This document shows, in pieces, positions 48,286-58,895 of a stretch of DNA of 64,000 nucleotides. The DNA is from Candidatus Bathyarchaeota archaeon. Lineage in GTDB: Archaea > Thermoproteota > Bathyarchaeia > Bathyarchaeales > Bathycorpusculaceae. The translations under genes and the position numbers were made by a program. Within the stretch, counting starts at the first letter, position 1, and the number at the start of each line of letters is the position of its first letter. The DNA is taken from NCBI GenBank assembly GCA_963806535.1, contig CAWDYC010000003.1, positions 352,001-416,000 of the forward strand. The letters run 5' to 3'. Below the pieces are notes generated by a model. That model was not told the DNA's origin. It made no database searches and worked only from the letters and a program-made list of their open reading frames with translations.

Positions 48286-49782
48286 TTAGGTTATTTTGCG
48301 AGGTTTCAATCGTGCTTTGTTCCTACTCGCCCAGTTAAGGAGAGGAATGAGGGAATACTTGAGAGGTTGGGGGATTGCATCTTTGAGGTCTTGATGCAAC
48401 CCTAATTTGATGGCTATTCGGCCTTTTCCAGTTATGGGTACATAATAGCGTGTTATTGGGAACTTGATGAAACCATTGCTGTCTTTAAATTTGTCAAGTG
48501 AAGGATGGTTTCCCACTCGTCCATACATGAGCCACCGCTCACCTTTGGAGGCACAGACTTCAACGGCTTTGGCTAGAAGAGCGTTGTTAACTGATTTGTC
48601 CCAGTGTTTCTGCAACGAAAGAATCTGCGCAACTACAGCTATGTTGTCTCCATAAAGAATTTGTATAAATCCAACAAGTTCTTCTTGCAGATATGCGCCG
48701 ACAAATGTTGATCTTTGAGCAGTGGTAATGTTTCGTATGACTGCTTCGAGTGGCTCTCCATAATGCGAAAAAGCTCTTTCTTGCCTGATCGGGGTTTCGT
48801 TGTAAATTTTTGAGACTCCTACGGCAAACTTCTCGGTCGGTTCAACAACAGTTGCGGTTATGGCAGATTTTTCTGCTCGACGAATCATATTGCGAGTTTT
48901 CTTTCCGATGTTACTCCACCAAGTCGCATAATCTTTTATCTCAAGTAGAGCAACATTATCATCTGTTTTTATCCAGGTGATAGGCGGATTAGGTATTTGG
49001 TAGCACCATTTTCTTTCCACAAAAGTAAAAATGTCTTTATCTCTTTCATGCAACTTTTCGATGAAAACGTCGGAGGGAGCAATATTTTTTTCGTACTCTT
49101 GAATGTCGTGAACTATTTTTACTGAAATCTTCTTTTTTGTCTGTAAAGTTTCAAGTTCGTGGTCTACATCTAAAATATATTTCAAGAGATCATAGTAGGG
49201 CCCTCTGGGGTTTATTGTTCCTTTGCTGAAGAGCCATTCGGGATGAATTTCTAAGACAACATTTTCTTTAATCAAATTTTCTGATTCAAGCTTCATGTGT
49301 TCTAAACCAAATTTGTAGCGTCCAGCATCTATACTGTAGGTTTTATAATCGTGGAATGATTTTAACGGAAAATCATTTGGAATTTTGGCTTGTTTTTGTC
49401 CTATCTTTCGGCCCCATAATAACTGGGCAATTATGCGTGACGTTCCGTGAATTGTGAAGTACTTTACTATTCGTTGGGTTTTATTTTCCAAAACTTTCCA
49501 TTCTCTGTAGGGTTCAGTTGCAACGTGCAAGGCAACCTCATGCCGGTCTAGGTGGAGCAAACCGAGAAGTTTTTTGTCTGGAATTGTGTAAGGAGTAAAA
49601 AACCAGTAAGCCATAACTTGCCTTTGAGATTCGTTAACCATTCGAGCAATGATTTTTGCGTTTTTAAGGTAATTTCGACTTTTTTTCTTGATTCTAAGAG
49701 CTAGGTACGCGAAACTTTTGGCCCGTGATGGATAAGGGTAATCCACATCCAACCTAATCCGTATACCTTGTTCAGTAGTCAA
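48286..49782 (-). CDS. Polysaccharide-deacetylase-like plus FemABX/GNAT-like fusion protein
   Basis: N-terminal RLDVD...HEVALH...HPEW; C-terminal WWSNIGKKTRNMIRRAEK...FKDSNGF. Confidence 0.55.
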   Translation of the reverse strand: MTTEQGIRIRLDVDYPYPSRAKSFAYLALRIKKKSRNYLKNAKIIARMVNESQRQVMAYWFFTPYTIPDKKLLGLLHLDRHEVALHVATEPYREWKVLENKTQRIVKYFTIHGTSRIIAQLLWGRKIGQKQAKIPNDFPLKSFHDYKTYSIDAGRYKFGLEHMKLESENLIKENVVLEIHPEWLFSKGTINPRGPYYDLLKYILDVDHELETLQTKKKISVKIVHDIQEYEKNIAPSDVFIEKLHERDKDIFTFVERKWCYQIPNPPITWIKTDDNVALLEIKDYATWWSNIGKKTRNMIRRAEKSAITATVVEPTEKFAVGVSKIYNETPIRQERAFSHYGEPLEAVIRNITTAQRSTFVGAYLQEELVGFIQILYGDNIAVVAQILSLQKHWDKSVNNALLAKAVEVCASKGERWLMYGRVGNHPSLDKFKDSNGFIKFPITRYYVPITGKGRIAIKLGLHQDLKDAIPQPLKYSLIPLLNWASRNKARLKPRKIT

Positions 49783-49891
49783 TTATTGTGAAGCTCCACT
49801 TCTCATAGAGACGTTTGTCTTGCACTGTTAAAGTCTTTTGGAAATTTTGCATGTTCACAGCTTTAACTATAAAAATTTTCGTTTCAACCCT

Positions 49892-51064
49892 TTACAGTTT
49901 CTGAACGATGTCGAGAATGTTTTGCGCAACAGTTTTTCTATTAAGTCGGCTTCTCCAGAAACCCGCGATTTTTTGTGGTTCATAATAACCTCGTTCCCAC
50001 TTTGATTCATCTTGAATTAAAGCTGCCAAAAGTGAGTCTTTTCGGCAATTTGCTGAAAGACTTCCTGAAAATCCCTGCATAGTGAGATATCGAAAACTCT
50101 CAATCGGAGTTGCAACTACTGAACAGCCCATACAAAGAGATTCAGCTGCTGCGATACCGAAGCTTTCCCATCTTGAAGGAATAAAAATCATTTTGGCGGT
50201 CGACAATATTTGTTTAATTCTGTCCATTTCAATAAACCCAAGAACTTGCAATCTGTCATCAAATTCCTTGGGAATATTTTGAGTTAAATCATTAACTAAT
50301 TCTTTGCCATTTCCAAAAATTATTGAGACAAACTTTGGCCTTTTTTCTAAAAATTCGACGATAGAACTAACCATAGCAAAAGTATTTTTTTGTTTGAAAT
50401 CGTCCAACCTACCAAAAGATACCACAATATCTTTCTTGGCACCAATTTCAGCCTCGACAAATGTTGGTGACACAGTGTCCGGGACAAAAAATGTTTTTTT
50501 GATCAAGTCCTGCCTCCCCCAAAATGCAAGAAAATAGTTTAGATTGGAAAGTGCATCGGGACTTTCAATAATTACTGCATCACAAAGTTCTATTTGCCTA
50601 ATTCTTTCTTGAGCAATTCTTAAAGCCCGTCGATGCAGAAACTTGAATGGAAGTCGCTGCCAAACGTGTTCAACTGTATGTTCAAAAGTAAATTCCTCAG
50701 ATAAAGGTGTGCTCAGATGAGATGGAAGCCATGGATAACCAATTCTTCCATCACTATCCGCTTTGACAATAATTTTTTTGCCGGCGGATTTGATTTTTTC
50801 TATCATAGGATTGTAAGCTTCATGAAGCCAAGTGTAAGCCAAGACTACGTCTGAATTGTTCTCTAGCCAAAAATTTTCATTGTTAAGCTCATTTTGACTA
50901 ATTTGAATTATAGGAAAATTTGGGTGATAGCCGGATAATTCTTTTTTGGAGAGCGTTAAAAGTTGTGTTTCAATTCCTGCTTCGTTTAAGCCCAGAGTAA
51001 TTTGTCCATTGTCTTTGGTTTCGTGAAATGGAAGATAAGCATGAAAAAATACAGTCAGTTTCAT
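49892..51064 (-). CDS. Glycosyltransferase family 4-like
   Basis: PSRWESFGIAAAESL. Confidence 0.85.
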   Translation of the reverse strand: MKLTVFFHAYLPFHETKDNGQITLGLNEAGIETQLLTLSKKELSGYHPNFPIIQISQNELNNENFWLENNSDVVLAYTWLHEAYNPMIEKIKSAGKKIIVKADSDGRIGYPWLPSHLSTPLSEEFTFEHTVEHVWQRLPFKFLHRRALRIAQERIRQIELCDAVIIESPDALSNLNYFLAFWGRQDLIKKTFFVPDTVSPTFVEAEIGAKKDIVVSFGRLDDFKQKNTFAMVSSIVEFLEKRPKFVSIIFGNGKELVNDLTQNIPKEFDDRLQVLGFIEMDRIKQILSTAKMIFIPSRWESFGIAAAESLCMGCSVVATPIESFRYLTMQGFSGSLSANCRKDSLLAALIQDESKWERGYYEPQKIAGFWRSRLNRKTVAQNILDIVQKL

Positions 51065-51152
51065 TGTGCAACCCTAATAGCTCGTCCATCTTGGGACTAT
51101 TCTAAGAAATCAGTTAAAAAATGCTTCTCTAGTCAGACAAAAATGAAAAGAA

Positions 51153-52076
51153 CTATGTTGTCGATTTTTGAACTTTAGTCGCCTGCAAGAGACCTTTCAT
51201 GTAATAAAACCGAATTAATGGATGCATGTATAGAACTGTAGGCTCACGAGTCTGGACTGCCATAAATAACCCTGTAAAAGGGGACAAAATAAATCGGCGG
51301 ATAACACCAAGTTTTGTTACAGGCGGGGGCTTATTTGTTTCTTCGCCTATTTTTCGCCATATTTCATACAGCTGTGTTCCATACCAATATTGATGATTCA
51401 GTTCTTGTTTCAAACTATTTCGCAAATGGACTGATTGCACATTATAATCAACGATCCATTTGTAGCCGGCACCATCAATTTTGTAGGCCAAAGTGGTTTC
51501 AACACCAGCGTTTACTCGCAGCTTCGGAAAACCGCCCAGCGCCCGGATTATTTTTGTTTTGTAAATCGTATTATCTAAGGTTTTGCCGAGAGTGAAAGCA
51601 GACATGTCTCTGGACTTTAGCCAAGAAGCTAAGTTTGCCTCTCCGCGATATTTTTTACCCACATACTCCTGCATTTTTTTAACGCCAAGGGGCTTATCTG
51701 CAAAACGCATCCCAGAAGCAGCGGTAACACTGGAGTTTTCAAGCAGTGAAGGAATTTTCTGCCACCAATCAGATGCTAACAACAGGTCTTGCTCGAAGCT
51801 TACAAAGAAATCCGATGAGACTTGTTCTAAAGCTGTATTTGCGCCATCGCTTATTCCGTGGCCTTTGTTTGGGATAACTGACCAGCCAAAAGACGACGCG
51901 ATTTTTGGTGTGCCATCATTGCTTGCGTCGTCGACTATTATTTTTTTATTTACGAATTCTTTAGGAATTACTTCATTTATTCTTTGTAGGACTATAGGTA
52001 GAGTTTTGGCACCGTTTTTAGTCCACATAACTAAATCTACTTTGCCAATCATTCCATTCCCAAGCGAGGATTTCAA
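51153..52076 (-). CDS. Glycosyltransferase family 2
   Basis: IIVDDASNDGT, GANTAL, EQD. Confidence 0.85.
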   Translation of the reverse strand: MKSSLGNGMIGKVDLVMWTKNGAKTLPIVLQRINEVIPKEFVNKKIIVDDASNDGTPKIASSFGWSVIPNKGHGISDGANTALEQVSSDFFVSFEQDLLLASDWWQKIPSLLENSSVTAASGMRFADKPLGVKKMQEYVGKKYRGEANLASWLKSRDMSAFTLGKTLDNTIYKTKIIRALGGFPKLRVNAGVETTLAYKIDGAGYKWIVDYNVQSVHLRNSLKQELNHQYWYGTQLYEIWRKIGEETNKPPPVTKLGVIRRFILSPFTGLFMAVQTREPTVLYMHPLIRFYYMKGLLQATKVQKSTT

Positions 52077-52156
52077 CTGCCTTATCTTAAGATGATTGGC
52101 TATTTATGCAATCAGGGCAAAAATAGAGGAAAAATACATTCTTTGAAAGGTTAACA

Positions 52157-53437
52157 CTATGATTGTCGATTATTCTGTTTGAAAGCCAAAACTGACTCTT
52201 CAAAGATCTTTTCCATTGTCCGGGCATATTTTTCCCATGACAAATTACTCTTGACGTATTCGTACGCGCGTTCTCCAAGTTTTTTTCGCAAATCTGCATT
52301 ATCCAATAACAGTTTTACTTTTTCAACTATTTCCTCCGGCTTTGATTGATCAAAAATTAAGCCGTTCTCATTGGATTGAATAATTTCTGACGCGCCACAT
52401 TTGTTTGAAACGATAACTGGTTTTTTTGCCGCCATTGCCTCTATAACGGCTAAACCCCAGGTTATCTGTTGGGGAAAAAGAAACACATCACAAGCAGCGT
52501 AAACCTCTGAAAGCTCTTCGTCATCATTACTATGGAGAAATAACACTTTGTTTCTAATACCAAGCTTTTCACTTAATTTTACTAACTGTTCTTTTGGACC
52601 GCCACCGTCAAGGATCAACTTGACTCGATCATACTTCTTAGAAAGTTGATAAAGCGCCTTTATAGAATCAGCCTGACCCTTACTAAGCTGGAAGTTGCCG
52701 ACCTGCAACAAAACAAAATCGTCGTCCAATCCATATTTCTCTCTGACGTCTTTTCCTGAAGCGTTATGAAAAAGCTCAACATCAACTCCACTTCTAACAA
52801 TCAGTGAAGATCTATGGTAAGCGATGTCAACATAACCTTGAGCAATTTTTGACAAAACTAAAAACTCATCAATGTAGTCTGAAGCAATCTTATCAAATAT
52901 TTCATAAATGGGCCCATTAATTCTACGTAAACCTTTTCTAGATTCGGAATTGAAAAACCAAATTGGCGGTTCATTGCACATCCACACAATGGGAACATTC
53001 AGTCTTTTTTTGGCGACAAAAGCTGCCCATTCAGAGGGAAAATTATGATTATTGATTAAGTCGAAGCCTTTCGGAATTTTTTTGCCAATGTTGATCATGG
53101 ACGGAAGCTCATATGGAATTGTATAGAATTGTCGACCCATCGCTCTACGCATCCAAGCTCGTAAAGAAGAAGAGCCAGCTGTTTCTCCGACGTTATCATC
53201 TTTTTGATATATTTCGGAAGGAATAAAAAATTTAGGTATTGTCTTTTCAAGTGGATGCGGAATCACGTTTACTGTAAGTTTTTCTATTATTTCACGATAA
53301 CATTTTTCTTGATTTACTGCACTTGTAAATATCTCCACTTCATGCCCGAACTTTTGAAGCTCAGAAGCTAACTTCAGTATTTGCCTTTGCCCACCACCGC
53401 GACCCACCAGTGGAGTGTTGATCATAGCGATCTTCAT
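52157..53437 (-). CDS. Glycosyltransferase family 4 (paralog of 47020-48258)
   Basis: GRGGGQRQ, NNHN, WMCNEPP, WGLAVIEAMAA. Confidence 0.92.
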   Translation of the reverse strand: MKIAMINTPLVGRGGGQRQILKLASELQKFGHEVEIFTSAVNQEKCYREIIEKLTVNVIPHPLEKTIPKFFIPSEIYQKDDNVGETAGSSSLRAWMRRAMGRQFYTIPYELPSMINIGKKIPKGFDLINNHNFPSEWAAFVAKKRLNVPIVWMCNEPPIWFFNSESRKGLRRINGPIYEIFDKIASDYIDEFLVLSKIAQGYVDIAYHRSSLIVRSGVDVELFHNASGKDVREKYGLDDDFVLLQVGNFQLSKGQADSIKALYQLSKKYDRVKLILDGGGPKEQLVKLSEKLGIRNKVLFLHSNDDEELSEVYAACDVFLFPQQITWGLAVIEAMAAKKPVIVSNKCGASEIIQSNENGLIFDQSKPEEIVEKVKLLLDNADLRKKLGERAYEYVKSNLSWEKYARTMEKIFEESVLAFKQNNRQS

Positions 53438-53581
53438 AAGTTCTGCATTCCAATTACGCTAAGAGCGTTATTTAGCCCTTAAAAGTTTGCTTCTTCAAAT
53501 AAAAGGTGGAGTTAGAAGTAAAATAACTCCGTTGGAAGCTGAAAAAAGAATAAACTCCATTGTATTGGGTTTTTGAGCCGT

Positions 53582-54553
53582 CTATTTCTCTTGGCTTTTT
53601 TTGAAATAGGAAATTACTTTGTCAATTCCTTCAGCAATAGATACTGTGGGTTTCCAGCCGAGTTCTTTGCGAATTTTCGTTGCATCCATAACTATTGATG
53701 ATTGGTCGGAAATTAGCGGTCTATAGGGGTAGCCTGGTGGATATGAACCTAAGACAAGGTTCTTTTTGTCAAATCCAACCTTATCGGCGATCATAATGGC
53801 AAGTTCCTTGTTGCTTACCCCATCTCCTGTTCCGACATTGTAAACTTGACCATTAGCATTTTTGTTTTTCATTGATAATAAATAACCATTGACGTGGTCG
53901 TCAACGTACATGTAATCCCTTATTGAATCTGGAGAGCCAATGTACACTTTTTGCCCCTTTAACATTTGAGTTACTAGATACTCCACCATGAAGCTGGTGT
54001 CAAATTTCCGTCCATACGAGTTTGTTGGACGCAATATTGTCCCGTTTAAATTGAAAGAATTAAACATCATTTGTAAGTATAGATCACCTGCAGCCTTACT
54101 CACTGCATAGGGGCTGGAAGGATGCAAAGGAAGGGACTCTTTTAACGGTTCATTCGGCTGTATACCGTATACCTCAGCTGTCGATGCCGCTATTAGTTTT
54201 CTAGTTTGAGGATCTTGAAGCTCAAGCAGCGAATGCGCAATGTTCATTGTTCCGATGTAATTGGCTTGTTGGTATTCAAAAGGACGTTCGAATGAATCGC
54301 GCACTGGTGAAAGGGCTGCTAAATGAAAAATAACATCAGGATTAGCTGTCTTAACGGCGTTGCGAATAGAAACGTAATCCGAAATATCGCCTGAAATTAA
54401 TGTGATGTCGGGCAATAAATTGTGAATTACATCCATGTTTCGGCTAGCTACTCTTCTAACGACACCATAGACTTCAATTTTTTCATTGACGAGTTTCTGA
54501 GCTAAGTGACTGCCAATGAAACCCATAATTCCAGTTATTAACGCTCGGGTCAT
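53582..54553 (-). CDS. NDP-sugar epimerase/dehydratase (extended SDR)
   Basis: TGIMGFIG, HLAA, STAEVYG, YAVSK. Confidence 0.9.
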   Translation of the reverse strand: MTRALITGIMGFIGSHLAQKLVNEKIEVYGVVRRVASRNMDVIHNLLPDITLISGDISDYVSIRNAVKTANPDVIFHLAALSPVRDSFERPFEYQQANYIGTMNIAHSLLELQDPQTRKLIAASTAEVYGIQPNEPLKESLPLHPSSPYAVSKAAGDLYLQMMFNSFNLNGTILRPTNSYGRKFDTSFMVEYLVTQMLKGQKVYIGSPDSIRDYMYVDDHVNGYLLSMKNKNANGQVYNVGTGDGVSNKELAIMIADKVGFDKKNLVLGSYPPGYPYRPLISDQSSIVMDATKIRKELGWKPTVSIAEGIDKVISYFKKSQEK

Positions 54554-55263
54554 TCTTGGACTCTCCCTAGTTTGGCGAATTCTTTTTCTGCAACAGATAG
54601 GTCTTTAACGCTATTAATAGTTAACCATAACTCTTCTGGTTTGAGCCTGCATGCTTTCAAAGCCCTATTCTTTGCAAGTAATGGAAAGACCGTTTTTTCG
54701 ATGGATCCATTTTCGGGAATGTAACCGAGAATTTTTTGGTTGAAGACATACACACCGATACTGACAAACATATTTTCAACCAAAGGCTTCTCCTTGAAAG
54801 AAACAACGTCATCGTCTTCAAGTTCAAGTATACCGAAAGGTGAACGCAGAGGCGCAACAGATACTGTTGCCACAGGTTTATTTTTTAAATGTAACTCTTC
54901 TAGGCGTTCCAAGTTTAAACTGGTAACTTCATCGCCGTTCATGGCCAAAAAATCACTGTCTTTGACAAATCGGGTTATTGCTAGGCGGAATCCTTCCCCG
55001 GTTTCTCCTTCAACTGTGTGTTCGCTAAAATCTATTTTCAATCCCTGCGAGTTGTTTTTCAAATAATCTATGACCACTTCTTTGTGGTAAGCGACACCCA
55101 TTACTAAATGTTTGAGACCGTTGCTTTTAAGCCATGATACGGTCCAGTGGATTAACGGTTTTCCTTTAATTGGAACCATGCATTTGGGCATATCTTCGGT
55201 AAAAGGTCGCATCCTTAAACCTGCGCCCCCAACTAGTATGACGGCAGTCTCGATTTTCTTCAC
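54550..55263 (-). CDS. Sugar-phosphate nucleotidyltransferase
   Basis: VGGAGLRMRP...PK, NGD, FKEKP. Confidence 0.9.
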   Translation of the reverse strand: MKKIETAVILVGGAGLRMRPFTEDMPKCMVPIKGKPLIHWTVSWLKSNGLKHLVMGVAYHKEVVIDYLKNNSQGLKIDFSEHTVEGETGEGFRLAITRFVKDSDFLAMNGDEVTSLNLERLEELHLKNKPVATVSVAPLRSPFGILELEDDDVVSFKEKPLVENMFVSIGVYVFNQKILGYIPENGSIEKTVFPLLAKNRALKACRLKPEELWLTINSVKDLSVAEKEFAKLGRVQE

Positions 55264-55338
55264 TTTGGAACCCTCGCAAAAACTGATTTTATACTAAAGT
55301 GCAAATATATAAACTTGAACGCCTTCATGAAATTAGGG

Positions 55339-56211
55339 CTACTCACATTCACCTGCTCTTTTGCTCTTTGTCAGGTCTTGCTCTAAGGCTACTGCTCGTG
55401 CTGCTACTTTTTCTGCTTCTGCCCTGATGGTTTTGTCTTTAATTTCTTCTTTACGTTTCTCATTAGATTTCAAAATTAACCGCAGAAACTCCGAATCATA
55501 ACAGTCCAGAAGTAATTCAGCATTCGGAATCAAACAGTGCCCGCCTATTACGCCTGGAAACATAACTGGTCGATCAAATCTTAATCTGTGGGTATCTTCG
55601 AGGAAATCAACGGTTTCGTTGAAGTCAGCGCCGAAAGCTTTAGAGATTCGATGCATTTCTTGGAAGCAGGCAATCATCCATGCACGGTAAGTTGTTTCGA
55701 AAAGTTTAGCGAGCTCTGTTTCGGTAGAACTCTTCAAAATCTTTACTTTCAAACCTAACTTTTCAAAATGCACACAAGAAGCTGCGCCAGCATCCGCAGT
55801 TGCGCCGCCTACATATTTTGTCCAGCGTTTCATTTCCCACTTCATATATTCAGCACTTTTATGTACACCTCGAAATGGCGAATGAGCAACTAGGCATTTG
55901 CACTTTTCCGCTACTTTTAATGTTGTGCCCGGTGGAACGGTGCTGTCAATAATTGTAAGTTTTGGCGTAAAATCATCTATGTAACCAACAATTATGCGTA
56001 CAAAGTTTTGTTGGCTACTGCATGGCAAACAAATATGCAAAGTATCAATTTGCTGTGGAAAATTTTGTCTGTTTTGGCCGAGCTCTTTCATCTTTGCTTG
56101 GTCTAGATCTAAACCATAAACATCGAAATTTTTTGCCTGGTCAATTAACAATGCAAAAAGAGTATGGCCAATCTCGCCTAAACCAATAATTAGAACTGAT
56201 TCTTTAGTCAA
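55339..56211 (-). CDS. UDP-glucose/GDP-mannose dehydrogenase family protein (short form)
   Basis: IGLGEIG, STVPPGTT, ELAKLFE, GGHCL. Confidence 0.85.
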   Translation of the reverse strand: MTKESVLIIGLGEIGHTLFALLIDQAKNFDVYGLDLDQAKMKELGQNRQNFPQQIDTLHICLPCSSQQNFVRIIVGYIDDFTPKLTIIDSTVPPGTTLKVAEKCKCLVAHSPFRGVHKSAEYMKWEMKRWTKYVGGATADAGAASCVHFEKLGLKVKILKSSTETELAKLFETTYRAWMIACFQEMHRISKAFGADFNETVDFLEDTHRLRFDRPVMFPGVIGGHCLIPNAELLLDCYDSEFLRLILKSNEKRKEEIKDKTIRAEAEKVAARAVALEQDLTKSKRAGECE

Positions 56212-56284
56212 GTTGCTTGCCTCTGCTATTGGAAAGTCAAGTTAATGTTAAACTATTTAAATCTGGAGCCCGAAATGAGACTTT

Positions 56285-56797
56285 ATGCTAAACTCAAAGA
56301 AAGGCACAGGTATTGTTACAGGAACAAATGTAGAAATAGGTGCAAATGTAGCCATTTGGAATTATGTTGTAATAGGTGACAACACAAAAATCGGCGATGG
56401 AACCCTCATAGGCAGCTTCTGCGATATCGGCAAAAATGTGGTTATTGGCAAAGACTGCAACATACAAGCACATGTAACTATTTCAAATGGCTGTGTACTC
56501 GGCGACAAGGTGTTTATCGCACCTAACACTTCACTTCTAAATGACAAGTACCCGAAAAGCATACTCTTGACACCGCCCGTCCTCAAATGTGGCGCCCAAA
56601 TCGGCGGGGGAGTCACCATTCTACCGGACGTGACTGTAGGTGAAGAAGCAGTTGTCGGGGGCGGAAGCGTGGTTACCAAAAATGTTGAACCCAGGACTGT
56701 TGTAGCTGGCGATCCTGCTAGATTGGTTATGACCATAAAGGAGTATGAAGCTAAACGTGAGGCCTTCATAAAGTCAAGATCCAAGGTGAAGAAATGA
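56285..56797 (+). CDS. Hexapeptide-repeat sugar N-acetyltransferase (WbpD-like)
   Basis: IGxx repeats, NDKYP, VTKNV...GDPA. Confidence 0.88.
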   Translation: MLNSKKGTGIVTGTNVEIGANVAIWNYVVIGDNTKIGDGTLIGSFCDIGKNVVIGKDCNIQAHVTISNGCVLGDKVFIAPNTSLLNDKYPKSILLTPPVLKCGAQIGGGVTILPDVTVGEEAVVGGGSVVTKNVEPRTVVAGDPARLVMTIKEYEAKREAFIKSRSKVKK

Positions 56798-57783
56798 GAA
56801 TATGGTACGATGCCTGTACAGGTAAACATATCAGGTATGGCACCTCTATTGGGAAACAACTTAAAGAAGCCGGGCACGAATTTGTTTTTACAACACGCGA
56901 ACACCCAGACACCATTCCATTAGCCAAAGTTCTTGGGGAAAAACCGATTGTGGTGGGAAAGTACAATCCTGCAACGCTTTTCTCAAGACTAGAAGAGAGT
57001 GCCGAACGAGTTTTGCAGTTTTCTAAGCTCTTCGAAAAAAATCCTCCAGATATTGCTATAGCTCATCAGTCAGTTGAGCTTTGCAGAACTGCTTTCGGTT
57101 TGGGAATCCCGATAATTTTGACCGCAGATACCCCGTACGCGTACGCCGTTAACAGATTAACAATACCTTTTGCAAACACAGTTGTAGCCTCAGAAGCGTT
57201 ACCGCGCAGTTTTGTCAAAACCTATTGCCCCAAAAACGTAATTTATTTTAAGGGGGTTGACGAAGTTGCATGGATTAAGGATTTCAAGCCTTCGAAAATT
57301 ACAGACCTAAAGAAACCATTGATAGTCATCAGGCAACTAGAAACAAAAGCGGCTTATGCCGGCGACAAAAAAGACAGCGCACAACTTATGGTTGAGAAGC
57401 TTGCTGCGTTAGGGCACGTTCATTTTATTCAACGATATAACGCAGACAGCAAGACCTACGGAGTGAAGGAAGGCTTTGTGGATTCAGCAAATTTGGTTGC
57501 GAACGCTGATTTAGTCGTTAGTTACGGCGGAACGATTGCTAGAGAGGCCGCACTTCAAGGTGTGCCAAGCATAGCTATTTCGGATATGGCGAAAACTTAT
57601 GTTAACACTTATTTGACAAAGAAGGGCTTTCCATTATTTGCAATCTCAGAACGAAGAGTACTTGGTTATGCAAAGAAATATCTTGGCAAAAGATTTGATG
57701 TGCAAAATAAGCTTGCAGAATTAGAAAACCCTGTTGACGTGATTGAAAAAGTCGCCGCCAATATCAAGCATCCTTTACTTTGA
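56794..57783 (+). CDS. DUF354-family GT-B fold protein
   Basis: MRIWYD...H, GVDE, GGTIAREAALQGVP. Confidence 0.82.
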   Translation: MRIWYDACTGKHIRYGTSIGKQLKEAGHEFVFTTREHPDTIPLAKVLGEKPIVVGKYNPATLFSRLEESAERVLQFSKLFEKNPPDIAIAHQSVELCRTAFGLGIPIILTADTPYAYAVNRLTIPFANTVVASEALPRSFVKTYCPKNVIYFKGVDEVAWIKDFKPSKITDLKKPLIVIRQLETKAAYAGDKKDSAQLMVEKLAALGHVHFIQRYNADSKTYGVKEGFVDSANLVANADLVVSYGGTIAREAALQGVPSIAISDMAKTYVNTYLTKKGFPLFAISERRVLGYAKKYLGKRFDVQNKLAELENPVDVIEKVAANIKHPLL

Positions 57784-58537
57784 TTTTATCGCCTACTTTC
57801 GCCCCAAACTTTTTTGCTGCATTACCTTGATTTATTGCTATTTCCAAAAAGTCTAAGCTCCCGACCAAAACGATAGGCTCTCTGCGCTCGGCTTCGGCGT
57901 ATGACTTACAAAATTTGAGCTTCAAGGAAACCTCATTTAGTTCCAAGTTAATAATTTGAGAGCCGATTATGTCCTTCTCTTTTATATTAGTGATGATATT
58001 GCCAAATCCGTCGATATGCAAAACTTCCCCTATTAAGACGTTGTTGCTTCGCTTAATTGATGGAAAGCTTGGTAGAACTGGGTCTTTTATTTCACGCCCA
58101 AACTCGGTAAGTTTGGTGCCTTTGTCTATGTAGGCTGCTGCAGGCGCAAAAATGTCTCTCCCATGAAAAGTGTTGGAGGTCTTGGGAAGCATCAAATTGG
58201 AATTTAAAAGTTCATAAATGTGCTCTATTCCTTGACTTTGAGCCACCAACATTAAGATTCCGTTGTCAGGCCCAACAAGAAAACCGTGTTTAGTTTGTAC
58301 TATAATGGCGCGTCTTTCAGTGCCCACGCCAGGATCAACAACAGCTAAGTGGACTGTGCCGTTTGGAAAATAAGATGCCGCGGAAGCCAATGTGAAAGCA
58401 GCCATACCAATGTTGAATTTTTCAATGTCGTGTGTTATATCGATTATTATCGCATTTGAGTTAATTGTTAAAATTACCCCTTTCATTTCTGCTACGTAAG
58501 GGTCTTTTAGCCCAAAGTCGCTTGTCAAAGTAATCAT
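57764..58537 (-). CDS. SAM hydroxide adenosyltransferase (DUF62, chlorinase/fluorinase family)
   Basis: TLTSDFG, VVDPGVG, GPDNG, TFHGRDIF, DGFGN. Confidence 0.93.
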   Translation of the reverse strand: MITLTSDFGLKDPYVAEMKGVILTINSNAIIIDITHDIEKFNIGMAAFTLASAASYFPNGTVHLAVVDPGVGTERRAIIVQTKHGFLVGPDNGILMLVAQSQGIEHIYELLNSNLMLPKTSNTFHGRDIFAPAAAYIDKGTKLTEFGREIKDPVLPSFPSIKRSNNVLIGEVLHIDGFGNIITNIKEKDIIGSQIINLELNEVSLKLKFCKSYAEAERREPIVLVGSLDFLEIAINQGNAAKKFGAKVGDKIKVKDA

Positions 58538-58542
58538 TCTGG

Positions 58543-58827
58543 TTAGCCGCCGTGGACAACTGGGACGAAAACTATTTCGTCGCCATCATTTAATCTTGTT
58601 TGTAAACCATTCAGAACGCTAATTTCTCTGCCGTTCACAAGTATTAGAGTATTTGATCTTGAATCGTTGAGTTGTTGATCGGTGAATGTTCTTTCTAATG
58701 ATGGAAGTTCTTGGCAAAGTTTTGATAATAATTCTTTTATCGATCCGATTTCTTGAAAGTTAATGATTAATTGTGCTTTGCCTGAGATATGGCGTAATGC
58801 GCCGATGAGTTTTATGTTTAGGGTCAT
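58543..58827 (-). CDS. MoaD/ThiS/SAMP ubiquitin-like protein
   Basis: ILVNGR...LNDGDEI...HGG C-terminus. Confidence 0.9.
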   Translation of the reverse strand: MTLNIKLIGALRHISGKAQLIINFQEIGSIKELLSKLCQELPSLERTFTDQQLNDSRSNTLILVNGREISVLNGLQTRLNDGDEIVFVPVVHGG

Positions 58828-58895
58828 TTATTCTCCTACAAATATGCTCTAGAAAAACTATTAAGTTTAATTATTTGTACAATTTCTAAGTGAGA

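Noticed and set aside
57764-58537. True fluorinase/chlorinase
   Set aside because: It retains the HGRD motif typical of widespread DUF62 SAM hydrolases and sits in a housekeeping context.
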